Source: Terracidiphilus sp. (lineage in GTDB: Bacteria > Acidobacteriota > Terriglobia > Terriglobales > Acidobacteriaceae). From it: a DNA stretch of 64,000 bases. The translations under genes and the position numbers were made by a program. The DNA lies in contig JBEKTO010000004.1 in NCBI GenBank assembly GCA_049515995.1, forward strand, positions 30,042 through 94,041, written 5' to 3'. The notes under the pieces were generated by a model. That model had not been told where the DNA came from. It worked only from the letters and a program-made list of their open reading frames with translations, and searched no databases. Shown piece after piece: positions 7,732 through 17,610 of the stretch (position 1 is the first letter of the stretch; each line of letters starts with the position of its first letter).

Positions 7732-10314
7732 ATGCCCGCCTACTGCGAAGTCGCGCTGCCCGTCCCGCTGGATCGCGTATTCACCTACGCGGTGCGGGAG
7801 GGCCAGCTTCCGCAGCGGGGAGCGCGGGTGATTGCGCCCTTCCGCAACGAAAAGCTGATCGGGGTGGTGACCGCGCTGAGCGGTGAGGCGCCGGCGGATT
7901 TCGAGGCGCGGTATCTCGAGGCCGTGCTGGACGAGGAGCCGCTGCTGAGCGACCGTCTGCTGGAACTGGCCGAGTGGATGGCGCAGTACTATCTGGCGCC
8001 GCTGGGCGAGGTGCTGCGCGGGATGCTGCCGCTGATGGCCGAGGTGCGGCGGACGGTCTATTACCGGATCACCGATCTGGGACGGGATGTGCTGGCGGGG
8101 AGTGTGGATGGAGATTCCCAGGTCTCAACATCGAGACCTGGGGCACCCGGGAATCCGTGGGATTCCGCAGACTCCCAGGTCCGAAGATCCGGGCCTGGCG
8201 CACCCGGTCCTGGTTTCGGGGATCGAGGTGGCGCGAAACGGCGCGGGAAGCTCTCGGCCGAAGAGCAGGATATGGAGCACCGGGTGCTGATCCGGCTGGC
8301 GGAGGGCGAGCCGGTGAAGGTCTCGACCTTGCGCACGGCGACGGCGGCCACGCTGCCGGTGCTGGCCGGGCTGGTGCGCAAGAAATGGATTGCGCGCGAG
8401 ACGGCGGCCGTGGAGCGCGACGCGCGGCGCACGGAACGGTTTGCCGTGCTGATTCCCGAGGCGCGGTTGCCGGCGCTGACGCAGAAGCAGCAGGCGATTC
8501 TGGCCGAGCTGGCGGCCTGCGGCGGCGAACTGGCGCTGGCCGAACTGCGCAAGCGGGATTTGCCTTCCTCGACGCTGCAAACGCTGGTACGGCGCGGGCT
8601 GGTGCGGATCGAGGAGCGGGCGGCGGCCTTCCACCTGGGCGGATTGAAGCAGGATGCGGAGCCCTATCGGCTGAACGAGCCGCAGATGGAGGCGCTGGCC
8701 GCGCTGGTTCCGGCGCTGGGGGGATTCAAGCCCTTTTTACTGCACGGAGTGACCGGCTCGGGGAAGACGGCGGTTTATCTGGCGGCGATGCAGCGGGCGC
8801 TGGACAAAGGGCTGTCGTCGATCCTGCTGGTTCCGGAGATCGGGCTGACGCCGCAGACCGTGGGCCTGCTGGACGCGGCCTTCGGGCAGAAGGTGGCGCT
8901 GCTGCACTCCGCGCTGACGCCGGAGGAGCGCAGCGAGCAGTGGCGGCGCATCCGGCGGGGCGATGCGCCGATCGTGGTGGGCACGCGCTCGGCGATCTTT
9001 GCGCCGGCGCCCAATCTCGGATTGATCCTGGTAGACGAGGAGCACGACCAGAGCTACAAGCAGGAGGAGACGCCGCGCTACAACGCCCGCGACGTGGCCG
9101 TGATGCGGGCCAAGCTGGAGGGCGCGGTGGTGGTGATGGGCTCGGCCACGCCGTCGCTGGAGAGCTGGCAGAACTCGGCGCAAGGGAAGTACACGCGCAT
9201 CGAGATGAGCGACCGGGTGATGAACCGGCCGCTGCCCGCGGTGGAACTGGTGGACATGCGGCGCGAGTTCCAGGAGACCGGGCAGGACCAGCTCTTTTCG
9301 CGCGCGCTGGTGGAGCAGACGCGCGAGGCTCTGGATCGCGGCGAGCAGGCGCTGATCCTGCTCAACCGGCGCGGCTACTCGTTCGCCGTGATCTGCCGGG
9401 CCTGCGGCGAAAAGCTGGAATGCGAGAACTGCGCGATCTCGCTGACGCACCACAAGCCGCCGGCCGAGGACGCTGGCCTGGCGCGCGCGGGGCAGCGGCT
9501 GGAGTGCCACTATTGCGGCTACCAGCGGACGGTTCCGGCGCGCTGCCCGAAGTGCCAGAGCGAGCATCTCTACTATTTGGGCGCGGGCTCGGAGCAGGGC
9601 GAAGAGCGGCTGGCGGAGATTTTTCCCGGGGCCAGGATCGGCCGGATGGATCGCGATACGGTGCGCGGCCGGTACGACCTGGAACGGCTGCTGGCGCGGC
9701 TGCACTCGGGCGAGATCAACCTGCTGGTGGGCACGCAGATGATCGCCAAGGGCCACGACATTCACGGCGTCACGCTGGTGGGCGTGGTGGGCTGCGATCA
9801 CGCGCTCTCGATGCCCGATTTTCGCGCCGCCGAGCGGGTCTTTCAGTTGATGACGCAGGTCTCGGGCCGCGCCGGGCGGGGCGAGTTGCCGGGGCGCGTG
9901 GTGGTGCAGACTTACTACCCCGACCACTACGCGATTGTTGCCGCCAGCACTCACGACTACGCGAGCTTTGTGGAGCGGGAGTTGAAATACCGGCGCTGGA
10001 TGCATTACCCGCCCTTCGGCGTGCTGGCCAACGTGCTGGTGCAGTCGGCCAAGCTGGAAGAGGCGGCGGGGTGGTCGGCGGTGCTGGGCAAATATCTCGT
10101 CCAAAACCAGAACAGCGGAGCTGTGCGCGTGCTGGGACCCTGCACCGCGCCCATCGCCCGCATCAAGGGCACGTACCGCTTTCACATGATTCTCAAAGCT
10201 GGCTCGCGCAAAGCGCTCAATGCGGCGTTGCGCGGGATGCTGAGCCATGCCGATGCGGCCGGAGTGCCGCGGCGGAATCTGGTGGTGGATGTGGATGCGC
10301 TGCGGCTGATGTAA
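7732..10314 (+). CDS. priA: Primosomal protein N' (replication restart helicase)
   Basis: LHGVTGSGKT, LVPEIGLTPQ, VDEEHD, SATPS, LNRRGY, CxxC zinc motifs, GTQMIAKG. Confidence 0.96.
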   Translation: MPAYCEVALPVPLDRVFTYAVREGQLPQRGARVIAPFRNEKLIGVVTALSGEAPADFEARYLEAVLDEEPLLSDRLLELAEWMAQYYLAPLGEVLRGMLPLMAEVRRTVYYRITDLGRDVLAGSVDGDSQVSTSRPGAPGNPWDSADSQVRRSGPGAPGPGFGDRGGAKRRGKLSAEEQDMEHRVLIRLAEGEPVKVSTLRTATAATLPVLAGLVRKKWIARETAAVERDARRTERFAVLIPEARLPALTQKQQAILAELAACGGELALAELRKRDLPSSTLQTLVRRGLVRIEERAAAFHLGGLKQDAEPYRLNEPQMEALAALVPALGGFKPFLLHGVTGSGKTAVYLAAMQRALDKGLSSILLVPEIGLTPQTVGLLDAAFGQKVALLHSALTPEERSEQWRRIRRGDAPIVVGTRSAIFAPAPNLGLILVDEEHDQSYKQEETPRYNARDVAVMRAKLEGAVVVMGSATPSLESWQNSAQGKYTRIEMSDRVMNRPLPAVELVDMRREFQETGQDQLFSRALVEQTREALDRGEQALILLNRRGYSFAVICRACGEKLECENCAISLTHHKPPAEDAGLARAGQRLECHYCGYQRTVPARCPKCQSEHLYYLGAGSEQGEERLAEIFPGARIGRMDRDTVRGRYDLERLLARLHSGEINLLVGTQMIAKGHDIHGVTLVGVVGCDHALSMPDFRAAERVFQLMTQVSGRAGRGELPGRVVVQTYYPDHYAIVAASTHDYASFVERELKYRRWMHYPPFGVLANVLVQSAKLEEAAGWSAVLGKYLVQNQNSGAVRVLGPCTAPIARIKGTYRFHMILKAGSRKALNAALRGMLSHADAAGVPRRNLVVDVDALRLM
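8114..8206 (-). repeat. Two tandem REP-like palindromes inserted in frame in priA
   Basis: CCCAGGTCTC-N6-GAGACCTGGG-GCACCC at 8117 (perfect stem) and CCAGGTCCG-N6-CGGGCCTGG-CGCACCC 57 bp later. Confidence 0.75.
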
Positions 10315-10482
10315 ACCCCTGCGGTGGGGCCAGCGGTCTTCGGCACGGCGGGCAAGCGGCATTGGCTTTCCTCTTGGACGAAAAAGCAACGACGCGACGA
10401 GAGTAGGGCACTCAGCCGCAGTACTTTCCCGCCGGATCAATAGCAGGGCAGCAAGTTAGCGATTTGATTCCGCGCTGACTCG

Positions 10483-11436
10483 CTACAAGCCCGCCGTGCG
10501 GAAGGGATCGATGTTGAGGAAGTGCATGAGGGATTTGTCGTAGAAGGGGGTGAAGGTGACGGTGAGCAGGAAGAGGATCATGCCCACGATGCCGAGGATG
10601 AGGCGGCTGCGGCTGAGTTTGGACTCGAGGGGAATCTTGGGGTGGCGCATGGCGGGAATCATGAGGAAGAGGCCCCAGAGAATCCAGCCGATCCAGAAGA
10701 GCGTTCCGGCGATGAAGAGCAGGAAGGGCAGCACGTTGGTGGAGATTTTGTGGAGCCGGGGAGAGAGGGCGTAGAGAACGTGTCCGCCGTCGAGCTGGCC
10801 GCCGGGGATGAGGTTGAGCGAGGTGATGAAGAGGCCGATCCAGCCGGCCACCAGCACGGGGTGGGGCGCGATGCGATCGAAGGAGGGGATGGTGGGGTCC
10901 CAGTGGACGAGGAGGGCGTGGAGGAAGCGGATGGTGAGGGGTTCGCCGCCAAAGCGGACGAAGGCGGCAGGCGCGTCGGCGGACGCGTGAAAGCTGAGGG
11001 CAAAGCCCACGGCCACGGCCACGGCGGAGGCGGCATAACCGGCCAGTGGGCCCAAGACGCCCACGTCCATGAGGGCGTCGCGGCTGGGAATCCGAGAACG
11101 GATCTGGATGAGGGCGCCGGCGGTGCCGCCGAGGGTGGGAGCCGGCAGCACCCAGGGCAGCGTGGCGCGAATGCCGTGCGCGCGGCAGGCGAAATAGTGG
11201 CCGAACTCATGGATGAGCAGGATGCCGAGCAGAGCCAGGGAAAAGCTCCAGCCGGTCTTGAAGAGATCGGGATGATCGGCCAGCCAGCCCCAGGGCCAAA
11301 GGTCGCTGTCGCGGACCACCGGCGGCATGCCTTCCATGAAGTTCTGCATGAAGCGGGCGCCATTGGCGGTGGTGGTGACCACACTGGCCGCGAGGAGCAG
11401 CAGGGGAAGGCAATACTCCCGAAAAAAAGATCGCAC
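10483..11436 (-). CDS. Site-2 protease family (M50) membrane metalloprotease
   Basis: HEFGH (HExxH) in a TM helix, GPLAG, NLIPGGQLDGGH. Confidence 0.9.
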   Translation of the reverse strand: MRSFFREYCLPLLLLAASVVTTTANGARFMQNFMEGMPPVVRDSDLWPWGWLADHPDLFKTGWSFSLALLGILLIHEFGHYFACRAHGIRATLPWVLPAPTLGGTAGALIQIRSRIPSRDALMDVGVLGPLAGYAASAVAVAVGFALSFHASADAPAAFVRFGGEPLTIRFLHALLVHWDPTIPSFDRIAPHPVLVAGWIGLFITSLNLIPGGQLDGGHVLYALSPRLHKISTNVLPFLLFIAGTLFWIGWILWGLFLMIPAMRHPKIPLESKLSRSRLILGIVGMILFLLTVTFTPFYDKSLMHFLNIDPFRTAGL

Positions 11437-11584
11437 CGGACTCCTCTTGCGTGCTCAAAGCGACTGGAGAATGCCAGACCGGTTCCCGGAACAGTAAAGT
11501 CCACAGATCTCCGGAAAAGCGGATCGCCTGGCCGCTGGGCCCCGATCTGCGCGGTGGATAGCCGATTGCCGGACCCGGTGCGCT

Positions 11585-11875
11585 CTATTTGCCCGTGGCA
11601 CCGTCCGCATCCAGCGAATGCAGTTCCTTGCCCGGCTTGAAACGCACAGCCTTGCCGGGTGTGATGCTGACTTCGGTACCGGTGCGGGGATTGCGGCCGA
11701 TGCCGGTTTTGCGGGCGCGGACGCTGAAGACGCCAAATCCGCGCAGTTCGATTCGCTCACCGGCCGCGAGAGCCTGCTTGAGGCCTTCGAAGACGGTATC
11801 CACCGCGGCTTCTGCCTTGGTGCGCGGCAGGCCCGTGCGCTCGATTACATGATGGACGATGTCCTGCTTAATCAA
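11585..11875 (-). CDS. HU/IHF family DNA-binding protein
   Basis: IELRGFGVF, GRNPRTG, VRFKPGKEL. Confidence 0.93.
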   Translation of the reverse strand: MIKQDIVHHVIERTGLPRTKAEAAVDTVFEGLKQALAAGERIELRGFGVFSVRARKTGIGRNPRTGTEVSITPGKAVRFKPGKELHSLDADGATGK

Positions 11876-12149
11876 AGGGGTAACCTCGCTGGTGCGTCTG
11901 GAATGACTGTACTACGCCCTATGAAGTTGATGCTACAGGTTTTGTGGCGATAGTGGAACAGCGGAAAGGGCGGCGGACGATTTTTTTGTCGGGAGAGAAA
12001 CCGCGGAGCGGTGTTCAACCGGGTGCGGCGGGGGAATTTGCGGCGATTGCCATTGTCAACCAAGAATGCCTTTCGTAAGATGAATACTTCAAGTTTGAGA
12101 TAAAGTGGGCGTTTCCGGAGCGGAAGATGGCGTCTGGAACGGGAGATGC

Positions 12150-12704
12150 ATGTCGATTCAAAGCGACCGCTGGATCAGGGAACAGGCCCTCAAACACCGC
12201 ATGATCGAACCCTTCAGCGAGAAGCAGGTGCGCGCTGGAGTGATCTCCTACGGCCTTTCCTCCTATGGCTACGATCTGCGGGTCTCCGACGAGTTCAAGA
12301 TTTTCACCAATGTGAACAGCGTCCTCATCGATCCCAAGGCCTTCGACGAGCGTTCTTTTGTCTCAGTTCAGGCGGAGTCGGTGATTGTGCCGCCCAATTC
12401 GTTCGCCTTGGCGCGATCCATCGAATATTTTCGTATCCCCAGGGATGTACTGACGATCTGCGTTGGAAAATCGACCTATGCGCGTTGCGGAATCCTAGTG
12501 AACGTGACGCCATTCGAGCCGGAGTGGGAGGGGTTTGTGACGCTGGAAATCTCCAACACCACCCCACTACCGGCCAAGGTCTACGCCAACGAAGGGCTGT
12601 GCCAAATCCTGTTCTTCCGTTCCGACGAGGCCTGCGAGGTCAGCTACGCAGATCGCAACGGCAAATACCAGAAGCAGCAGGGGATTGTACTTCCCAAGCT
12701 GTAG
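12150..12704 (+). CDS. dcd: dCTP deaminase
   Basis: [38 protein letters not shown]. Confidence 0.95.
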   Translation: MSIQSDRWIREQALKHRMIEPFSEKQVRAGVISYGLSSYGYDLRVSDEFKIFTNVNSVLIDPKAFDERSFVSVQAESVIVPPNSFALARSIEYFRIPRDVLTICVGKSTYARCGILVNVTPFEPEWEGFVTLEISNTTPLPAKVYANEGLCQILFFRSDEACEVSYADRNGKYQKQQGIVLPKL

Positions 12705-12831
12705 GCTCCTCGCCGAGGCAAACCGGCCGGGCGCGTTCGATGGGCGGAGATTTCGCGAAACAATAGCGGAAGCGCCCTCCGCATCGCCGCGTATGGCGCA
12801 GCGCTGTTGCAGGGAAGACGGGGGAAATCGA

Positions 12832-13569
12832 ATGTCCGCGACGAGCAATCCTACTCCGATCCGAGTCGGCCTGATCGCAGATGAGCCGATCCGGCTTGCG
12901 GGCCTCGCCAGTATATTTGAGCAGTGCGTTCAGGAGGGCCATGTTCCCCTGCTTCCGCTTCCGGGGAGCATCGAGGAGTTACTGGCCGTTCCCACGCTGG
13001 AGTATCTGGTTCTGGACCTGAATTCCTCGTCCGGCGGCTTGCGAACGCTGGAGGCGATTCGCCGCGCGCGGCCCGAGATTCGGCTGATCGTGATCGGGCC
13101 GCCGAAGAACGACAAACTGGTTCTGGATTCGATCGTTGCGGGGGCCAGGGCCTATCTGGACTCGAGCGCCGGACCGGAGGTGGTGCGGCAGGCGATCGAG
13201 GTGGTCACCAGCGGCTCGATCTGGGCGCCGCGCCAGTTGCTGGCCAAGCTCATCGACCGGCTGCTGGCGGTGCACGACAGCACCCTCACCGGCGCCGACC
13301 CGCATTTGACGGCGCGCGAGCGCCAGGTGCTGGAACTGATCCTGATGGCGCGCTCGAATCGCGAGATCGCCCGGCAGTTGGGCATCGAGGAGCGAACGGT
13401 GAAGGCCCACGTGGGCCGGCTGATGCGCAAGACGGGCGCGGACAACCGGATTGAACTCTCGATCCGCGCACTGAATCGCTCGATGGTTCCGGACGCCGGA
13501 GTAGTGGAGCGGCGGCGGGGCGAGCGGCGCCAGAGCGGGAGATTATCCTCACCTGTTACGCCAGAGTAA
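12832..13569 (+). CDS. NarL/LuxR family response regulator
   Basis: Receiver-like N-terminus (VLDL) and HTH LTARERQVL...SNREIA..LGIEERTVKAHV. Confidence 0.88.
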   Translation: MSATSNPTPIRVGLIADEPIRLAGLASIFEQCVQEGHVPLLPLPGSIEELLAVPTLEYLVLDLNSSSGGLRTLEAIRRARPEIRLIVIGPPKNDKLVLDSIVAGARAYLDSSAGPEVVRQAIEVVTSGSIWAPRQLLAKLIDRLLAVHDSTLTGADPHLTARERQVLELILMARSNREIARQLGIEERTVKAHVGRLMRKTGADNRIELSIRALNRSMVPDAGVVERRRGERRQSGRLSSPVTPE

Positions 13570-14097
13570 ACTGCGCGTGTTCTCAGGCAGCTGGTGGTTA
13601 CTAAAATCCACACTCCTTCCGTACTCTTGTGCGAATTATTAGTTTTCCACAGACTTGTTTCCAGAAACAACGCAGATCTGGGGAAAGGAGTTCCCAGGCA
13701 GCATGTTTCGCATGAGGCCTGGGAACTCCTCTTTTTCATTTTTCGCGGTTCGCCGCGAAGAATTTCGATCTGTGTGCTCCATTCAGCCCTCCCCAACGTC
13801 CATTCAAAACAAGCAAGCCGGGACCGGCAAGCCGGTCCTGGTGTGCCTATCCACCGCGGAAGAATGCGCAGCGGCCCTCCCGCGTCCCAGTGCGGAGCGG
13901 AACAGGAGCAGGGTGTGCATCCGGACGCGGATGCGGTAGGCTGTTTCAGGACGTTCTGGCATTGCCGGCCGGGAGAGAACCGGTGCTTCCCCGCGAGCCG
14001 CGCGGCTCGAGTTCCGCGGCAGCCGGGCTGCTTTCCCGTGATTCAACCTTCAACAATCCGCGTCCCGAAGGGCAGCGGAGTGAAAAGGACCTGACCT

Positions 14098-14790
14098 ATG
14101 AAAAAAATTGCTGCTTCCATCTGCCTCTGCTTCACGCTTACATGCACCGCTTATGCGGGCTCAACGCGGGCGGATTTGCAGGCCCGCATCGACGCGGCCA
14201 AGGTGGTTCTGGACGAGATCATGGCCGCCCAGGATAACAGCATTCCTATGAACATCCTGGAACAGGCCACGTGCGTGGGCGTGGTGCCGGGCATGAAGAA
14301 GGGCGCCTTGATTTGGGGCGGGCAGTATGGGCAGGGCGTGGTCACCTGCCGCACCGGACACGGCTGGAGCGCGCCGGTCTTCATTCGCATGGCCGGCGGT
14401 TCGTTCGGCTTCCAGATCGGCGGCCAATCCACCGACCTGGTGCTGGTGGCGGTGAATGAACGCGGCTTCCAGGACCTGTTGAAGAACAAGTTCAAGATCG
14501 GCGGAGATGCCTCCGCCGCGGCCGGACCCGTGGGCCGCAGCGGACAGGCCGCCACCGACTGGAAGATGAGCGCCGAACTGCTCAGCTACTCGCGCAACAA
14601 GGGCCTCTTTGCCGGGGTCAGCCTGGACGGGACCAGCGTGAGCCAGAACTCCGAGGACACCGAGATCTACTTCGGCGGCACGCACACCTTCGAGTCCATT
14701 CTGAAGGGCGAGGTCGCGGTTCCCGCGGGAGCCGTGCCGTTCGTACGCGCCACGGCACATTACTTTGTCGAAGCCAAGAACCGGCAGTAG
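14098..14790 (+). CDS. Lipid-binding SYLF (Ysc84) domain protein, exported
   Basis: Signal peptide; GGSFGFQIGGQSTD, SYSRNKGLFAGVSLDG. Confidence 0.9.
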   Translation: MKKIAASICLCFTLTCTAYAGSTRADLQARIDAAKVVLDEIMAAQDNSIPMNILEQATCVGVVPGMKKGALIWGGQYGQGVVTCRTGHGWSAPVFIRMAGGSFGFQIGGQSTDLVLVAVNERGFQDLLKNKFKIGGDASAAAGPVGRSGQAATDWKMSAELLSYSRNKGLFAGVSLDGTSVSQNSEDTEIYFGGTHTFESILKGEVAVPAGAVPFVRATAHYFVEAKNRQ

Positions 14791-14814
14791 CAGCGCGAAG
14801 GATGGAATTGCCTT

Positions 14815-14844
14815 GAAGGGGCGCGGCTGAAGCCGCGCCCTTTC
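14815..14844. repeat. GCTGAAGC-core REP-like hairpin, possible terminator
   Basis: GGGCGCGGCT-GA-AGCCGCGCCC-TTTC; same GCTGAAGC core as the element at 59924. Confidence 0.55.
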
Positions 14845-14939
14845 GCGATCCTCCGCTGCGATCGAATTGCTCGACCGGTTGCAACTTGTTGAGGATTCGC
14901 CGCCGCGCCGAGAGGCTACACTGTTGTTTGTCTTCGACG

Positions 14940-15839
14940 ATGCGGGAAAACATCGAGTACTGGCTGGTTCTGGCCGTGGCGCGCACTCTGGGCGCCATGC
15001 CGCGCGGGGTGGCGCGCCTGCTGGCCGGCGGGCTGGCCTGGGGCGTCTACCTGTCGCTAGGACGGCTGAGGCGGGTGGGCGCGCGCAACCTGGATCTCGC
15101 TCTGCCCGAAGTTTCTCCCGAGGAAAAGAACCGCATCTTGCGCGGGGTCTACCGGCATCTGGGCTGGCAACTGGTGGAGTTCTGCCGGATGCCGCGCTAT
15201 ACCCAGGAAAACACCCGCGGCTGGATGCACACCGAGGGGCTGGAGCACTACCTGGCGGCGCAGGCGCGCGGCAAGGGCGTTCTGGTGGTCACCGGGCACC
15301 TGGGCGCGTGGGAACTTTCGAGCTTTTACCACTCGCTGATGGGGCATCCGATGGGGATGGTCATCCGGCGGCTGGATAACCGGCGGCTGGACGCATTCGT
15401 CAACGGCATCCGCTGCATGCACGGCAACCGCGTGCTGCACAAAGACGACTTCGGCCGCGGCCTGTTGACCTCAATGCGCGCCGGCAAGACGGTGGGCATT
15501 CTGATGGACACCAACATGACTCCGCCGCAGGGCGCGTTTGTGAAGTTCTTCGGCGTGGAGGCCTGCACCGCGACCGGCCTGGCGCACGTGGCGCGCAAGA
15601 CCGGCGCGGCCGTTCTGCCGGGGTTTGCGCTGTGGGAGCCGGCCGAGCGGCAATATGTGCTGCACTTCGGCCCGGAGATCGAGATTCCGCATAGCGCCGA
15701 TCCGCAGGCCGACATCCTGGCCGGCACGCAACTCTGCACGCAGGCCATCGAAGAGTGGATTCGGCGCTATCCTGACCAGTGGCTGTGGATTCACCGCCGC
15801 TGGAAGACGCGGCCGGCGGGCGAACCGGGGCTCTACTGA
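14940..15839 (+). CDS. Lipid A acyltransferase (LpxL/HtrB family)
   Basis: TGHLGAWE (H-x4-E), LMDTN, FFG..A, YPDQWLWIHRRWK; adjacent to lpxD. Confidence 0.88.
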   Translation: MRENIEYWLVLAVARTLGAMPRGVARLLAGGLAWGVYLSLGRLRRVGARNLDLALPEVSPEEKNRILRGVYRHLGWQLVEFCRMPRYTQENTRGWMHTEGLEHYLAAQARGKGVLVVTGHLGAWELSSFYHSLMGHPMGMVIRRLDNRRLDAFVNGIRCMHGNRVLHKDDFGRGLLTSMRAGKTVGILMDTNMTPPQGAFVKFFGVEACTATGLAHVARKTGAAVLPGFALWEPAERQYVLHFGPEIEIPHSADPQADILAGTQLCTQAIEEWIRRYPDQWLWIHRRWKTRPAGEPGLY

Positions 15840-15848
15840 GGAGAAACC

Positions 15849-16889
15849 ATGACGCTGGGCGAACTGGTGGAACAACTGGGCGGCGAACTGGCGCAGGGAA
15901 GCCCTGAAATCCAGTTAGCCGGCGTCGAGAACTCCGAGTCGGCGGGGCTGCTCGACCTGGTCTTTGCCGAAGATGCCGTTGCCGCGGCGAAGGCGCTGGC
16001 CAGCTTTGCGGCGGCGGTGGTTCTGAAGGCCGGGTGCGTGGAGAGCTACCTGCACAACCCGGCGATGGGCGTGGTTGAAACCCCTCAGCCGCGCCTCTGG
16101 TTTACCCGCGCGGCCCAACTGCTGAGGCCGGCGCCCCCTCCGGCGGGCGTGCATCCAACCGCGACGGTCGGCGCGCAGGTGGAATTGGGCGAGGATGTGA
16201 CCATCGGCGCGGGCGCGGCGATCGGCGAAGACGCGTGCATTGGCGCGGGAAGCCGGATTGAAGCCGGCGCGGTGGTGGGCGCAGGCGTGCGCATCGGCGC
16301 GCATTGCCACATCTATCCGCGCGTCACGCTTTACCCCGGAACCACGCTGGGCGAGCGCGTCGTGGTGCACGCGGGAGCGGTGCTGGGCGCGGACGGCTTC
16401 GGCTACGTGCGCGACGCGGCCACGGGCGCCTATACGCAGTTTCCGCAGCAGGGCACGCTCACGATCGAGGACGACGTGGAGATCGGGGCCAATACGACGA
16501 TCGACCGCGGCGCGCTGAAAGAGACGCGAATCGGCCGCGGAACGAAGATCGACAATCTGGTGCACATCGGCCACAACTGCGAGATCGGCGAGGACGTAAT
16601 CGTCGTGGCGCTGACCGGCATCTCCGGCTCGTGCACGGTGGGCAACGGCGCGGTGATCGCGGGCCAGGTGGGCATCGGCGACCACGCACAGATTGGGCCG
16701 GGCGTGATTCTGGGCGGGCAGGCGGGCGTCTTCAGCGGGGCAAAGGTCACCAATGCGGGTTTGAAACCGGGAACGGTGCTGTGGGGCACGCCGGCGCGTC
16801 CGCTCAAGCAGGTTCTGCGCGAGCAGGCGGTGCTGGCCAGGATGGCGAAGAAGGGAATGGGGACTAAGGGAATAGGGAATAGGGAGTAG
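15849..16889 (+). CDS. lpxD: UDP-3-O-acylglucosamine N-acyltransferase
   Basis: Hexapeptide repeats, GADGFGY, EIGANTTIDRG, KIDNLVHIGHN. Confidence 0.94.
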   Translation: MTLGELVEQLGGELAQGSPEIQLAGVENSESAGLLDLVFAEDAVAAAKALASFAAAVVLKAGCVESYLHNPAMGVVETPQPRLWFTRAAQLLRPAPPPAGVHPTATVGAQVELGEDVTIGAGAAIGEDACIGAGSRIEAGAVVGAGVRIGAHCHIYPRVTLYPGTTLGERVVVHAGAVLGADGFGYVRDAATGAYTQFPQQGTLTIEDDVEIGANTTIDRGALKETRIGRGTKIDNLVHIGHNCEIGEDVIVVALTGISGSCTVGNGAVIAGQVGIGDHAQIGPGVILGGQAGVFSGAKVTNAGLKPGTVLWGTPARPLKQVLREQAVLARMAKKGMGTKGIGNRE

Positions 16890-16892
16890 GGG
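16853..16892 (+). repeat. GGGA(A/G/C)TA heptamer tandem repeat spanning the lpxD stop
   Basis: GGGAATG GGGACTA A GGGAATA GGGAATA GGGAGTA GGGG. Confidence 0.85.
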
Positions 16893-16894
16893 CG

Positions 16895-17497
16895 ATGGCG
16901 ATCGTCGTCGTGGGCGGGAGCGGACGGGGTGTGGGCAAGACCGCGCTGGTCTGCGGGCTGATCGCCGCGCTGCCGGAGTTACGATGGACGGCGGTCAAAA
17001 TCACGACTGACGATCACGGGCAAACCAAACCGATTTGGGAGGAAACAACCGCGGGGCGGGGAAGCGATACCGCACGCTACCTGGCTGCCGGAGCCGCGCG
17101 GGCGCTGCTGGCTACGCCGCCTGTGCACGGCCATACGCCTACGCCCGATTTTGCGGCGCTGCTCAACGACCTCTGGTCCAAGATCGGACCCGACGCAAAC
17201 GTCCTCTTCGAGTCGAACAGCATCCTGGACCACCTGCGGTTCGATTTGTGCCTCATGGTGCATGAAGGCTCCAGCCCGGCTTCGCACCACGCGCGGCATA
17301 AGCCTTCCTTTGCCTCTGCGCTCCGCCATGCGGATGCGATGGTGGCACATGCCAGCGCGGATGGGACGATTGCGGACGGGCTGTGTCTGGCGGGCCAGGA
17401 GCCAATGCCGATCTTCGATCTTGCGGCTTTGGAGCAGGTGTCGGCGGAGATGGTGGCTTGGCTGCGGCTGAGGCTGGGTCCGGCTTTGCGTTCCTGA
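16895..17497 (+). CDS. P-loop protein, MobB-like, function unknown
   Basis: N-terminal VVVGGSGRGVGKT Walker A, AVKIT, DTARYLAAGA. Confidence 0.6.
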   Translation: MAIVVVGGSGRGVGKTALVCGLIAALPELRWTAVKITTDDHGQTKPIWEETTAGRGSDTARYLAAGAARALLATPPVHGHTPTPDFAALLNDLWSKIGPDANVLFESNSILDHLRFDLCLMVHEGSSPASHHARHKPSFASALRHADAMVAHASADGTIADGLCLAGQEPMPIFDLAALEQVSAEMVAWLRLRLGPALRS

Positions 17498-17610
17498 TCC
17501 GTGGGCGGCTCGATTTCCGCACCGCACACTCAGCGGAACCGGGCGAGGAAAATCGATTAAGCCGGGAAAAATCGTTTACTATGGGTGAGTTTGAAAGGAA
17601 GCTTCTAACC

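Noticed and set aside
7974-10406. 810-aa alternative-frame ORF over priA (and similar long ORFs at 23114-25555, 47849-50065, 53851-56034)
   Set aside because: Shadow ORFs of high-GC genes: Arg/Ala/Gly-rich with no motifs, and fully overlapping clearly identifiable genes
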